Shown here: positions 33,773-44,118 of the stretch, in pieces
Layout: every line of letters starts with the position of its first letter
Position numbering within the stretch: position 1 is the first letter of the stretch
Origin: a virus
Lineage: Duplodnaviria; Caudoviricetes
Strand: one strand, 5' to 3'
Length of the DNA: 48,356 nt
Virus record (IMG/VR): IMGVR_UViG_3300037722_001206
Coordinates: 1 to 48,356 of that record
Position numbers and translations under genes: made by a program
The notes under the pieces: model-generated
Database searches by the model: none
The model's input: only the letters and a program-made list of their open reading frames with translations
Told to the model about the DNA's origin: nothing

Positions 33773-35914
33773 GTGGCTACACGCGATGACGTGAAAGTCC
33801 GCGTCGGCGGCGACAACAAAGGGCTCGATTCCGCGCTCAAGGAATCGCAGGGCCTGATCAGTCGTTTCGCGCGCACCGGCACCGGCGCCTTGAGCGGCCT
33901 GGGCGCCGGTTTCAAACGCATGCTCGGCGGCGTGTTCTCAGTGCGCGGGGCGATCGCCACGCTGGCCGGCACCGGCGGCCTGAGCCTATTGATCAACAGC
34001 TCGATCAGCAGCGCCGATGCCATCGCCAAGATGGCCGACCGCACCGGCACCGGCGTCGAGGAACTCCAGGAACTCACCTATTCCGCCCGCCTCGCCGGCA
34101 TCGAGCAGAACAAATTCGGGCGCATCCTGGAACGGCTCACCGTCTCGATCGCCGAGACAGTGCGCAACACCGGCGAGGCCAAGGTGGGCTTCGAACTGGC
34201 CGGCGTGACGCTGCGCGACACCGAGGGACGGGTCAAATCGCATGGCCGGGTGTTGGAAGAACTGGCCGATGCGATCGCCAAGACCGAAAGCGCCACCAAG
34301 CGCGCCGATATCGTCAACCGCATCTTCGGGCAACGGATGGGCGGGCAATTGCTGCCGCTGTTCAAGAACGGCGCGGCGGGCATCAGGCAGATGCGCGAGG
34401 AAGCCCGCGAGATGGGCCTGGTCCTGGATACGGTGATGGTGCGCGAGGCGGAGAAGGCCGGCGATCAGATGGCACGGCTCGGGATTATTCTGCGCACCAA
34501 TCTGACCCGCGCCGTGCTGACGCTCACGCCGCAAATCATAGCGCTTGGCGAGGCGGCGGCCAAATGGGCGCCGCGCCTGGCGGCCTTTATAGATCGCATA
34601 TCGCCGGATGAGGTGAAGACATCGGATGCGCTGCGCCAGAGGATCCTGGAGATCGAGGCGGCGCTGCGGAAACTCTCCGGTCTATCGCTGGACAATTTGC
34701 TCAAGATCACCGATTTTTCCGGCTTCGGCGAGCAGCGCCAGGAAATCGCCCGACTGCTTGGCGAGTTGCTGCGACTCGACGATCTCTTGAAGGAACGGGT
34801 GCGCAAGGAAACCATGATCACGGGCGTGATCGAGGGCACCGGCGATGCCAACGATGTGTTGAGCGAAAAAGTCAAATCGGTCACCGAGGCGCTGCAATTC
34901 GAACGGGATCAATTGGGGCGTACCTCACGCGAGCAAGCCATCGCCAGCGCCCTGCGCCGGGCCGATACCGACGCGGCGACCGAACAAGGACGGCAGATCG
35001 CCAATTTGGCCGGCACGCTCTACGATCTGGCCCGCGCCAAGGACGCGGAGACGGAAGCCACTAAGCGTGCGACCGAGGCCGCGGTACAGCAGGAGCGCGA
35101 CCGCGAGGCGGCCGGCGAGCGGGCCCGGGCGATCATCGATGAACGCCTGGAAATGCAGCGCAGTTTCGAACAGGAACTCGATCAACGGGTGCACCTGGCC
35201 GAAATCAGTAACCTGAACGCCCGCGATCAGGAGATCGAGACCCAGTTGCTCGACGAAATCAACAAGCACCGCGCGGCCGGGATTCCGCTGATACAGGAGG
35301 AAATAGATCAGCGCCGCGAGATGATCGGACAATCGGTGGATCGGGCCAATTCGTTGCGCCAGGAAACCGGGCTGGTCCGCGATTTGGGCCTGAGCTTCTC
35401 CAGCACCTTCGAGGACGCGGTGGTCAAGGGCGGCAAACTGCGCGATCTGCTCAAGGGCCTGGAGCAGGATGCCACCCGCATCGCGGCGAGGCGGCTGATC
35501 ACCGAACCGCTGACGGACGCGTTTAGCGGCGTGATTGACAATCTCGGCGGCGGCGGCGGCGGCGGGTCCGGCGGCGCCGGTCTTTTCGCCGGCATTGGCA
35601 GTTTTTTTGCCTCGCTGTTCCACGAGGGCGGCCGGGTCGGCGGCCCGGCGCCCCGGCGCCCGGTCCCGGCCCTGACCTTCGCCGGCGCGCCGCGCCTGGC
35701 GGGTGGCACCATGCCCAGCCTGCGGCCCGACGAGATCCCGGCCATCCTGCACCGCGACGAGGAGGTCCTGACGGCCCAACAGGCGCGGATCCTTCGTAAG
35801 GGCGGCGAATCGACGCGGAACGTGACGCAAATTTTCAATATCCAGACGCCCGATCTCGACGGTTTCCGCCTGTCGGAACGGCAGATCGGCCGGCGCATGC
35901 GTCAGGCCTTGTAG
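33773..35914 (+). CDS. Tape measure protein
   Basis: 713-aa helical Ala-rich protein; ADAIAKMADRTG....LQEL; FHEGG, DEIPAILHR.EEVLT, IQTPD..GF..SERQI. Confidence 0.92.
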   Translation: MATRDDVKVRVGGDNKGLDSALKESQGLISRFARTGTGALSGLGAGFKRMLGGVFSVRGAIATLAGTGGLSLLINSSISSADAIAKMADRTGTGVEELQELTYSARLAGIEQNKFGRILERLTVSIAETVRNTGEAKVGFELAGVTLRDTEGRVKSHGRVLEELADAIAKTESATKRADIVNRIFGQRMGGQLLPLFKNGAAGIRQMREEAREMGLVLDTVMVREAEKAGDQMARLGIILRTNLTRAVLTLTPQIIALGEAAAKWAPRLAAFIDRISPDEVKTSDALRQRILEIEAALRKLSGLSLDNLLKITDFSGFGEQRQEIARLLGELLRLDDLLKERVRKETMITGVIEGTGDANDVLSEKVKSVTEALQFERDQLGRTSREQAIASALRRADTDAATEQGRQIANLAGTLYDLARAKDAETEATKRATEAAVQQERDREAAGERARAIIDERLEMQRSFEQELDQRVHLAEISNLNARDQEIETQLLDEINKHRAAGIPLIQEEIDQRREMIGQSVDRANSLRQETGLVRDLGLSFSSTFEDAVVKGGKLRDLLKGLEQDATRIAARRLITEPLTDAFSGVIDNLGGGGGGGSGGAGLFAGIGSFFASLFHEGGRVGGPAPRRPVPALTFAGAPRLAGGTMPSLRPDEIPAILHRDEEVLTAQQARILRKGGESTRNVTQIFNIQTPDLDGFRLSERQIGRRMRQAL

Positions 35915-35930
35915 GGCGGGTGGTGGGAAC

Positions 35931-36593
35931 ATGACCGACCGTTTCAAGGATCTGTATGCACCCAGCGGGCTGCCAGGCTATCCCTGCAATTCGTCGCCGC
36001 GTTTCAATACTCAGATGGTCGGCGTCGATAGCGGCGATATGCAGGTCAACCGGCGTTGGCAGCATCCGCTCTATATTTTCAGCCTGCCGGAAGCGATCCG
36101 CGAACAATCGGTATTCGAGGCGGTGCATGCACATTGGCTGATCATGGGCGGTCCGGCGCACACCTGGCCATTCCGCGATCCGTTGGATTTCGCCAGCGCC
36201 GATTTGCCGAAACCGAACACGGCGCCGGAGATCACCCTGACCGATCAGATCATCGGCGTCGGCGACGGCGTCACGCGGACGTTTCAATTGATCAAAAACT
36301 ACAACAGCGGCGCTTTCAGCTATGTCCGGACGATTTACCTGCCGCTGACGACAAGCGTTCTGATCGGCCTGGACGGCGCCGATCCGGGCACCGCCATGCC
36401 ATGGTCGGTCACACGGCCGGGCGGGCTGATCGTCTTCGATACGCCGGTCGATCCGGGGGTGCAGATCAGCGCCGGCTACCTGTTCGACAACGAAGTGCAA
36501 TACGAAAACGATCGTTCGTTCGACGGCATCGCCCGCACTTACACGGCCGCCGGCATCGCCGATCTGACCCTGATCGGCGTGCGCCGCTGTTGA
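35931..36593 (+). CDS. Distal tail protein (DUF2460)
   Basis: P.F.T......G...N.RW; FRDPLDF; GVGDG....FQL.K.Y; AGY.FD.EV. Confidence 0.88.
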   Translation: MTDRFKDLYAPSGLPGYPCNSSPRFNTQMVGVDSGDMQVNRRWQHPLYIFSLPEAIREQSVFEAVHAHWLIMGGPAHTWPFRDPLDFASADLPKPNTAPEITLTDQIIGVGDGVTRTFQLIKNYNSGAFSYVRTIYLPLTTSVLIGLDGADPGTAMPWSVTRPGGLIVFDTPVDPGVQISAGYLFDNEVQYENDRSFDGIARTYTAAGIADLTLIGVRRC

Positions 36594-36609
36594 CAAGAAA
36601 GAAAAAAAT

Positions 36610-37707
36610 ATGAGCCTGCTTTGGTGCGACGGTTTCGATCATTACGGCGTGGGCACCGCCGGACGCGACGCCATGCTGGACGGCCCCTATGCCGAGATCA
36701 GCACCGCAGGCGATATGATTCTGCCGCAGGCCGATTTCCCGCGCACGGGGGCGCGGTCCCTGAAGATGACAGCCAGCGTCAGCGATCCCCTTATCCGGCG
36801 GGTCTTCGGCGGCGACAAGTCCGTGGCCGGCGTGGGCTACGCCTTCGTGATCAACCAGTTGCCCTCGATAGCGGCGACCACGGCGCTCGCCTCTTTCCGG
36901 GACAACGGGAACGTTCAGCAGGTCACCATCGGCCTGACCACGACCGGGCAGATCGAGGCGCGAACGGGCGCGGTGAACGGCACGGTCATCGGCACCTCGG
37001 CGCCCGTCATCGTCGCCGGCGCCTATCAGCATTTCGAATGCCGGGTCGGGATCGGCACGAGCGCCGGCACGGTGGAGGTCCGGATCGACGGGGTGACGGT
37101 CCTGGATATCGCCGCCGTGAACACGCGCGGCGCCGGGGCGGCGCAGACGGCCCAGGTCGCAATCATCACCGGCGCCGATACCCCTGGCGGCAACGGCGTG
37201 GGCACCATGTGGGTGGACGATATGTTCGCCTGGGACGATCAAGGTTCGGCGGCAAACGATTTTCTCGGCGATCAGCAGGTGCATCTGCTCCTGCCGGATC
37301 AGGACACGGCGCAATCGGACTGGACGCGCAACACGGGCTCGACTGATTACGAGCAAATTGCCGAGTCCACGCCGGACGACGATACGACCCATATCGCCGC
37401 GTCGGTGGCGGGGGATATCTCGGAGTTCGGCCTCGACGATCTGCCGGCCAACGCCGCATCGATCGCCGCCGTGCAGGTGATCGGCCGCCTGCGCAAGACC
37501 GACGCGGGGACCGCCAACGTGCAAATGTCGCTGGTCTCCGACGGGGAATCGCCGACGGCGCCGGCCGAGGCGAACGGCGCCGACCGGCCGGTCACCCAGG
37601 TATACACGTACTGGCAGGATGTGTTTCACACCGATCCGGCGACCGCAGCGCCCTGGACGCCCGAGGCCTTGAATGACGCGCGGCTGAAAATAGAGCGGAC
37701 GGCTTGA
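36610..37707 (+). CDS. Beta-rich virion structural protein
   Basis: LLWCDGFDHYG start; lectin-like beta strands; within the tail-tip operon. Confidence 0.75.
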   Translation: MSLLWCDGFDHYGVGTAGRDAMLDGPYAEISTAGDMILPQADFPRTGARSLKMTASVSDPLIRRVFGGDKSVAGVGYAFVINQLPSIAATTALASFRDNGNVQQVTIGLTTTGQIEARTGAVNGTVIGTSAPVIVAGAYQHFECRVGIGTSAGTVEVRIDGVTVLDIAAVNTRGAGAAQTAQVAIITGADTPGGNGVGTMWVDDMFAWDDQGSAANDFLGDQQVHLLLPDQDTAQSDWTRNTGSTDYEQIAESTPDDDTTHIAASVAGDISEFGLDDLPANAASIAAVQVIGRLRKTDAGTANVQMSLVSDGESPTAPAEANGADRPVTQVYTYWQDVFHTDPATAAPWTPEALNDARLKIERTA

Positions 37708-37717
37708 GGATTCGCCC

Positions 37718-38776
37718 ATGGCCGATGCGCGCCTGACCCAGACAGCGGCCCTGGCCTTGGCTGGGGCGGCGGTCTCCGACGCCGCGCGTGCGACCCAGGC
37801 GGCGGTGCTGGTGCTGGCGCCGTTCGCCGCGGTAGGGGCGCGGGCGACCCAGATCGCGGCGCTGACCGTCGATGCGGGCCTGGCCGTGGCGCGCGCCTCG
37901 CAAATCGCGGTCCTGGTACTGGCGGACGGCGCCCCGTGCCTCACGCACTGGGCGCTGTGCGTCAAGATCGCCCGCCGCGACGGAACGGTGCTGGCCTTCA
38001 CCGATCACGACGAGGCGGTGCTTCACCGGGGGCTGAGCCACCAGCCCTGCCACAGCCTGTCCGGCTCGGCGGCGGAGTTGGCGGCGGTGCTGGGCGCGGT
38101 CGGCAACCAGGAATTGGCCGGCGTGCTGTCCGACGAGGCCATCACCGAGGCCGACCTGTTCGGCGGCCTTTACGACGGCGCCTTCGTCGAAGCATGGGTT
38201 GTGCCCTGGCTGAACCCCGGCCGTGAGATTCCCTGGCGCCTGGCGGCCGGGACCATCGGCAAGGTCAGCCAGGGATTGATCGGGTTCACGGCCGAGGTGC
38301 TGACGGCCGGGGCGCGGTTGCAGCAGCAACCGTTGTTGCAGACGCATTCGCCCGGCTGCCGGTTCCGTCTGGGCGATGCCCGCTGCGGCATAGATCTGGG
38401 CGCGCTGACCGAGACCGGCGCGGTGACCGGGGTGGCGATCCCCGATGCGCAACGCGCCGCCAGTCGGCGCATCTTCGCCGACACCTCGCGCGGCGAAGCC
38501 GACGGCACGTTCGAACATGGCATCCTGACCTGGACATCGGGCGCCAACGCCGGCGCCGCCAGCGAGGTGAAGAGTTTCGTGCAGGCGACCGGTGTCTTCA
38601 TTCTGTGGCAGGCGATGTTGCACCCCATCGCGCCGGGCGATGCATACGAGGTGACGCCGGGCTGCGATCTTTCAACGCAGACCTGCAAGGACAAGTTCGA
38701 CAATCTGGTCAACTTCGGCGGCTTCCCCGACGTGCCCGGCCGGGACGCGATCATCGAATCGCCGAACGCGCGATAG
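37718..38776 (+). CDS. Baseplate hub (DUF2163/BR0599) with N-terminal repeats
   Basis: RRDG.VL.FTDHD, ITEADL.GGLYDGA, CRF.LGDARC, GCD....TC..KF.N.VNF.GFP.VPG. Confidence 0.92.
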   Translation: MADARLTQTAALALAGAAVSDAARATQAAVLVLAPFAAVGARATQIAALTVDAGLAVARASQIAVLVLADGAPCLTHWALCVKIARRDGTVLAFTDHDEAVLHRGLSHQPCHSLSGSAAELAAVLGAVGNQELAGVLSDEAITEADLFGGLYDGAFVEAWVVPWLNPGREIPWRLAAGTIGKVSQGLIGFTAEVLTAGARLQQQPLLQTHSPGCRFRLGDARCGIDLGALTETGAVTGVAIPDAQRAASRRIFADTSRGEADGTFEHGILTWTSGANAGAASEVKSFVQATGVFILWQAMLHPIAPGDAYEVTPGCDLSTQTCKDKFDNLVNFGGFPDVPGRDAIIESPNAR

Positions 38777-38808
38777 TTGCCCGGAAACTGGAAGACTGGG
38801 GCCTCGAT

Positions 38809-39324
38809 ATGAGATTTCAGATCGATCCACGGCGCCGGGCGGTGATCGCGGCGGCGCGCGCCTGGGTGGGCACACCCTTCCGCCATCAGGCGCGGCTGAT
38901 GGGGGTGGGCGTGGATTGCGCCCAGCACGTGATCGCCGCCGGGGAAACGGCGGGGGTTCTCTCGATCGACCCGGCGGCATGGCGGCGGTGGGCGGCCTAT
39001 GGGCGGGCGCCGAATCCGCGGCGCATGGGTGAAGCCCTGGAGACGTTCCTGGTGCCGATCCCGCCCTCCCGGGCGCGGCTCGGCGACGTGATGTGGCTGG
39101 CCTGGGAGCGGGCAGGCGGGCAGGCGGCGCTGCCCATGCACCTGGCGATCCGCTCCGCCCACGGCGGCCGGACGACCATGATCCATGCCCTGGAAAGCCT
39201 CGGCAAGGTCTGCGAACACGGCTTTACCGCGGAATGGCCGGGACGCGTGATCTCGTGGTGGCGCTATCCGGGACTTGCCGCCGCCCCCATCGGTCCGGAT
39301 GCGGTCCAAATGGGACCAGCCTGA
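38809..39324 (+). CDS. NlpC/P60 tail-tip peptidase
   Basis: AARAWVGTPFRHQ....GVGVDC; HLAI; IHA. Confidence 0.9.
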   Translation: MRFQIDPRRRAVIAAARAWVGTPFRHQARLMGVGVDCAQHVIAAGETAGVLSIDPAAWRRWAAYGRAPNPRRMGEALETFLVPIPPSRARLGDVMWLAWERAGGQAALPMHLAIRSAHGGRTTMIHALESLGKVCEHGFTAEWPGRVISWWRYPGLAAAPIGPDAVQMGPA

Positions 39325-41720
39325 TGGCGATCCTGGCGCTCGGCTTCGTCGGGACGGCGATCGGCGGCTCCATCGGCGGCACCATCCTGGGGGTGACAGC
39401 CGCGTCGATCGGCGGCTTCATCGGCGCCACGGCGGGCGGGCTGATCGACAACATGCTCTTCGCCGGGTCGCAGAAGATCGAGGGCCCGCGCCTGGGCGAT
39501 CTGACGGTCACTGCCTCGACCTACGGCAGTCCGATCCCGCTGATCTACGGCCGGGAAAACCGCGTGGGCGGCAATATCGTCTGGTCGAGCGGCCTGATCG
39601 AGACGGCCAACTCCGAGGAAAGCGGCGGCAAGGGCGGACCTTCGGTTGAATCCACCACCTACAGCTACCGGGTCTCGCTGGCGGTCTCGCTGGGCGAGGG
39701 GCGCTCGGCGGTCTTCGGGACGTGGCCGAAGCTGACGCGCATCTGGGCCAACGGCAAACTGATCTTCAACCTGGCGATCGCGGCGCCGGCGCCGGCGGCG
39801 GCGACGGCCAATGTGGGGATGGTGGCGACCAAGGCCAACGGCACGCACGCGGTGATCGATACCGTGCGCTTCTATCAGGGAACGGCCACGCAAGCCGTCG
39901 ATCCGACCATCGAGGCGGCCAAGGGGGTTGGCGATGCCCCGGCCTACCGGCACACCATGTACGCCGTGCTGGTCGATCTGCAGCTCGCCGATTTCGGCAA
40001 CGTCCTGCCGAACCTGGAATTCGAGATCGCGGCCGACGAGGCGATCACCGATTCGGCCATCGTCAAGGACATCTGCGGGCGCGCCGGCGAGCCGCTGATC
40101 TCGTCTAGCCAACTGACGGCGCCCCGGCGGGGCTTCATCGTCAGCCGGCCCGGGTCGGCGGCGGCGGCCCTGGAACCCCTGGCCCTGGCCGGCGCCTTCG
40201 ATATCGCCGATCAGGGCGGACAAATCCGCTGCGTGCGCCGCGGCCGTACCCTGCGCGCCACCATCCCGATCGGCGACATGGGCGCCCATGACGGCAGTGG
40301 CGGCGGGGGCGGAAACGGCGGGGGCGGCGGGCCAATCCGGTTCGAGCGCCTGGACGATTTGCGGCTGCCACGGGAGGCGGCGTTGACGTTCAGCGATCCA
40401 GCGCTGGATTACCAGCCGAACACGCAGCGCGCGGTGCGCGGTCTGGGCGCATCGCAGAACAACCTGGCGCACGAGATCCCGGTCACGCTGACGGCCGGCG
40501 AGGGCCGGGCGATTGCCGACCGACTGCTCTGGGAGGCCTGGTCGGGGCGACGGGGCGCGCGTTTCGCGGTCTCCGACCGCTGGGCGCGGTTGCGCACCGG
40601 CCACGTGGTCGGGGTGGCCGTCGCCGGATCCACGCTGCCCTTCAAGATCCAGCGCGCCACGCGCGGCGCCAACGGGGTGATCGAGATGGAGGCGCGGTAC
40701 GAAGACCCGGAGATCTATGCCTCCATTGCCGCCGGCATTCCCGGCATCCTGGCGGCGAACGCCGTGCAGCTGCCCGGCGAGACGCGGCTGACGGCCATGG
40801 ATGCGCCGCTGCTGCGCCCGGGCGACGATGACGCGGGTTTCTATTGGGCCGTGACCGGCGCCAGCGACGGCTGGCGCGGCGCCCGGGTGCTGCGCTCCTC
40901 CGACGGCGGGGCCAATTACGCGCCCATGGCGCAGGCGGCGGTGCGCGCCGCCATCGGCACGGTGGCCGCGCCCCTGGCGGCCGGGCCGGCCGACTTCTGG
41001 GACCGGGGCAATATCTTGACCGTCGTGTTGGAAAACGACGCGGCGGAATTGGTCTCGGCCAGCGAACTCGCAACCCTAAGTGGCCGCAACGCGGCCTGGC
41101 TGGGCGGTGTGGACGGGCTGGCGGGCGAAATCGTCCAGTTCGCCACGGCAACGCTGATTGCACCCGGAACCTATGAGCTGACCGACCTGTTGCGTGGCCG
41201 CCTCGGCACCGAGCATGCGATCGGTGCACACGGCGGCGGCGAGATCTTCGTGCTGCTCGATCCGAACACGCTGAAACGCACCGATTTCGGCGCCGGCGAT
41301 TGGGACCGGGAGCGGCTTTACAAGCCGGTCTCGATCCTAGCCGGGGAGGCCGATACGGCGGCTCAGGCCTTCACCAATACGGGCGAGGCCAAACGGCCAT
41401 TCTCGGTCGTGCATATCCGGGGCCGGCGCGACACCTTGGCCGGCGACGTGACTATGACCTGGGTCCGGCGGTCGCGGCTGCTGGAGCCGGGCCTGGGATA
41501 TGGCCCGCTGCCCCTCGGCGAGGAAAGCGAGTCTTACGAAATCGTCATCGTCGTCGGCGGCAACGCGGTCAACACCTACGCCGCCGCGGCGCCCAGTCTG
41601 GTCTACACGGAAGCGCAACAGACGGCCGACGGCATCACGCCGGGCGATCCGGTGACGGTACGCATCTATCAGCTATCGACCAGCCGCGGCCGCGGTCGCG
41701 TGGCACAGGCCACTGTTTAG
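39324..41720 (+). CDS. Central tail/tip attachment protein (GTA-like)
   Basis: EGPRL.DL....STYG..IP..YG..RV.GN..W; RIWANGK; PAYR; LLRGRLGTE; W.RRSR. Confidence 0.9.
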   Translation: MAILALGFVGTAIGGSIGGTILGVTAASIGGFIGATAGGLIDNMLFAGSQKIEGPRLGDLTVTASTYGSPIPLIYGRENRVGGNIVWSSGLIETANSEESGGKGGPSVESTTYSYRVSLAVSLGEGRSAVFGTWPKLTRIWANGKLIFNLAIAAPAPAAATANVGMVATKANGTHAVIDTVRFYQGTATQAVDPTIEAAKGVGDAPAYRHTMYAVLVDLQLADFGNVLPNLEFEIAADEAITDSAIVKDICGRAGEPLISSSQLTAPRRGFIVSRPGSAAAALEPLALAGAFDIADQGGQIRCVRRGRTLRATIPIGDMGAHDGSGGGGGNGGGGGPIRFERLDDLRLPREAALTFSDPALDYQPNTQRAVRGLGASQNNLAHEIPVTLTAGEGRAIADRLLWEAWSGRRGARFAVSDRWARLRTGHVVGVAVAGSTLPFKIQRATRGANGVIEMEARYEDPEIYASIAAGIPGILAANAVQLPGETRLTAMDAPLLRPGDDDAGFYWAVTGASDGWRGARVLRSSDGGANYAPMAQAAVRAAIGTVAAPLAAGPADFWDRGNILTVVLENDAAELVSASELATLSGRNAAWLGGVDGLAGEIVQFATATLIAPGTYELTDLLRGRLGTEHAIGAHGGGEIFVLLDPNTLKRTDFGAGDWDRERLYKPVSILAGEADTAAQAFTNTGEAKRPFSVVHIRGRRDTLAGDVTMTWVRRSRLLEPGLGYGPLPLGEESESYEIVIVVGGNAVNTYAAAAPSLVYTEAQQTADGITPGDPVTVRIYQLSTSRGRGRVAQATV

Positions 41721-41735
41721 GGAGTCGATCGAATC

Positions 41736-42455
41736 ATGACCACCTCGCCGGATCTCGGCCTGCCCTATATCGCCAACCAGCAGAATCAGCCGGAGGTCAC
41801 GCACAACGAGGCCGTGAACCTGTTGCACATGCTGGCCAACGGCGTGCTCGACCGGGCGGTCAACGACCCACCGGGCGGCCTCACGGAAGGCGACGCCTAT
41901 ATCGTCGGCGCGGCGCCGACCGGGGCCTGGGCCGGGCGGGCCAACTGTCTCGCGGGTTGGTTCGGCACGGCCTGGATCTTCCTGCCCGGCGACGACAGCG
42001 ACGGCAGCCCGATCGCCATGGGCGCGCGACAGGAAGGCTTGAGCGTCTGGGTGCGCGACGAAAATGTCCGCTACACCTGGACCGGGGCGGCCTGGTCGGG
42101 CGGCGCCGCCGGGACTATCTACGACTTCGGCTTCGCGTTCGGCGATACGCCCGAGGCCGGCGCGACGATCCAGCGGGTGCGCATCGGCCGGGCCATCCTC
42201 ATCCCGGCCAACATGGCCGGATCGTCCGGCGGCGTGGCGACCAACCCGGACGCGGCCTGGGATGTCGATGTGCTGGACGATGGCGTTCCCATCGGCACCA
42301 TATCCGTCGCCACGGACGGCGGGGTGACCTTCGCCACGGACGGCGCGGTGAACGTGGCGGCGGGCAGCGAGATCGCGTTCGTGGCGCCGAGCGCAACGCT
42401 GCCGGAAGCCACGGTCGCCGACGGCTCGTTCGTGATCCTGGCCACGGTGCAGTGA
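41736..42455 (+). CDS. DUF2793 tail fibre-associated protein
   Basis: LGLPYI...Q.Q.EVTHNEA; PP....GDAYIV.A..TGAWAG. Confidence 0.88.
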   Translation: MTTSPDLGLPYIANQQNQPEVTHNEAVNLLHMLANGVLDRAVNDPPGGLTEGDAYIVGAAPTGAWAGRANCLAGWFGTAWIFLPGDDSDGSPIAMGARQEGLSVWVRDENVRYTWTGAAWSGGAAGTIYDFGFAFGDTPEAGATIQRVRIGRAILIPANMAGSSGGVATNPDAAWDVDVLDDGVPIGTISVATDGGVTFATDGAVNVAAGSEIAFVAPSATLPEATVADGSFVILATVQ

Positions 42456-43219
42456 TGCCGCTGCTCTATTCCTCGTTCCTGGGTGGCGTGGGCGGCGCCG
42501 GGCCGGCCGGCGATCCCCATTACGGCAATGTCATACTGCTGTCCGGGTTCGAGGGGGCGGACGCGGCGACGGCGACGGACGACGAAAGCCCCGCCGCACG
42601 CGGGGCCGCCAGCTTTTTCAGCGCCGCGAAGCTATCGACCACGACGCCTTTGGTCGGCGCCTCCTCGCTCTTGCTGGACGGCAACGTCGATCGCGTCACC
42701 TGGCCCGACAGCGCCGATTGGACCATGACGGGCGAATTTACCCTGGACGTGGTGGTGCAGTTCTCGGCCCTGGTCGGCAGCACCTTTCCCACGCTGATCT
42801 GCCAGGACGGCGGCGGCGGGAGCGGCAACCGGGCCTTCCTGCTGGGCGTCAACATCGGCACCAACCGGTTCGGACTGACGGTCTCGGCGGACGGCAGCGC
42901 CGCCTCGTTCGCGAACGTGGATGTCACCGGCGGCCTGCAGACCGGGGTTCCTTACCACGTGCGGGCGCACCGGGATGGATCGAACGTCCTGCGCGTGGCC
43001 TACAGAAAACTGAGCGATGGGGCCATGACGGGTCCCGGCGCGACCGCGATCCTGGAGGGCATGTTCGCCAGCAGCCGCGCCCTGGAGATCGGCGGCAGCG
43101 ATATATCCACCGCGACCAATCACGTGAGCGGGCGCATCGACGAGGTGCGTATCACCGCCGGGGTGGCGCGGGCGATCGACGAGGTTGTTGCGCTGCCCTT
43201 CCCGCGGCTGGCGGCCTGA
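42455..43219 (+). CDS. LamG/concanavalin-like receptor-binding protein
   Basis: DPHY.NV.LL; G.FTLD; GRIDEVRITAGVAR. Confidence 0.82.
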   Translation: MPLLYSSFLGGVGGAGPAGDPHYGNVILLSGFEGADAATATDDESPAARGAASFFSAAKLSTTTPLVGASSLLLDGNVDRVTWPDSADWTMTGEFTLDVVVQFSALVGSTFPTLICQDGGGGSGNRAFLLGVNIGTNRFGLTVSADGSAASFANVDVTGGLQTGVPYHVRAHRDGSNVLRVAYRKLSDGAMTGPGATAILEGMFASSRALEIGGSDISTATNHVSGRIDEVRITAGVARAIDEVVALPFPRLAA

Positions 43220-43221
43220 TT

Positions 43222-43551
43222 ATGTTCGGCTTCAATCCGGCTGTTCTCGCGCGCCTCGCGCTGGCCGCCATGGCGATGGCATTGACGCTGCTGTTCGGCA
43301 AGCCGGCCGGATCGGTTGAGGGGCGCCCCGTCTGCATGCCCCGCCTGGTGATGCTGCAATCGCTGCTCGCCGCCCACGGTCAAGTCATCGTCGTGCGCGC
43401 GGCGCTCGGAGAGTCCATGGCGGAATGGACGGCCAATGCCAAGACCGGCAGCTGGTCCATGGTGCTTACTGGAAAATCGCCCGACGGCACGCTGATGAGT
43501 TGCCTGATGATGAATGGGGAGCACTGGCATCCGATCGAGCCGGAAACATGA
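43222..43551 (+). CDS. Exported hypothetical protein
   Basis: Signal peptide; C..R......L....G; TGSWS; SCL...GE.W. Confidence 0.7.
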   Translation: MFGFNPAVLARLALAAMAMALTLLFGKPAGSVEGRPVCMPRLVMLQSLLAAHGQVIVVRAALGESMAEWTANAKTGSWSMVLTGKSPDGTLMSCLMMNGEHWHPIEPET

Positions 43552-43784
43552 CGCGGAGGGTGAGCGTGGCCGATCACGTGGCGAGACAAATGGCGACCGA
43601 AGCGCTGACCAGGCTCGACGGGCACGAAAAAGCATGTGGCGATCGATGGATCGAAACGCGGGAAGCGATCAAGGCGCTGACCGCCGGACACCGGTCGATC
43701 GTGCACCTGCTGCTCGGCGGGCAAGGCGCGATCATCCTGTTTCTCGCGGGGTTGATCGTGACTTTGCTCTTCACGGGGAAGTGA
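43548..43784 (+). CDS. Small membrane protein (holin-like)
   Basis: RLDGHEKAC..RW followed by a C-terminal TM helix. Confidence 0.6.
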   Translation: MTRRVSVADHVARQMATEALTRLDGHEKACGDRWIETREAIKALTAGHRSIVHLLLGGQGAIILFLAGLIVTLLFTGK

Positions 43785-44113
43785 CGGCCGTTCCGATGAC
43801 GATCATCAATCGCCAGACCATCGCCGGCGCCCTGGTCGCGGTCGGGGCGCTGGGCGGCACGGCCGGGGTGATCGGCACCGTCGAGCTTTTCCGCTTCTGG
43901 GCGCCGCGCGGGGAATTCGAGGCGGTGGCCGTGCGGGTCTATGAGATGACGGCGGACAGGGCCGATTTCCAGCACCGCCGCGCCGAAGCGGCCTTGCGGA
44001 TATGCAACGAAAAGGAGGACGCGCGGTGCTGGAGCGAGGAGCGCGACCTGCGCGATGCCGCCGAAGATCTCGCGATCGAGCGGGCCCGGTATAAACGTTA
44101 CAAGGGAGAGTGA
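43781..44113 (+). CDS. Membrane-anchored hypothetical protein
   Basis: N-terminal hydrophobic segment plus coiled coil; GTGA coupling. Confidence 0.6.
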   Translation: MTAVPMTIINRQTIAGALVAVGALGGTAGVIGTVELFRFWAPRGEFEAVAVRVYEMTADRADFQHRRAEAALRICNEKEDARCWSEERDLRDAAEDLAIERARYKRYKGE

Positions 44114-44118
44114 ACGAA

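Noticed and set aside
35931-41720. Gene transfer agent cluster
   Set aside because: Tail genes are GTA-like, but integrase, att sites, repressor, origin and lambda-type head show a true prophage
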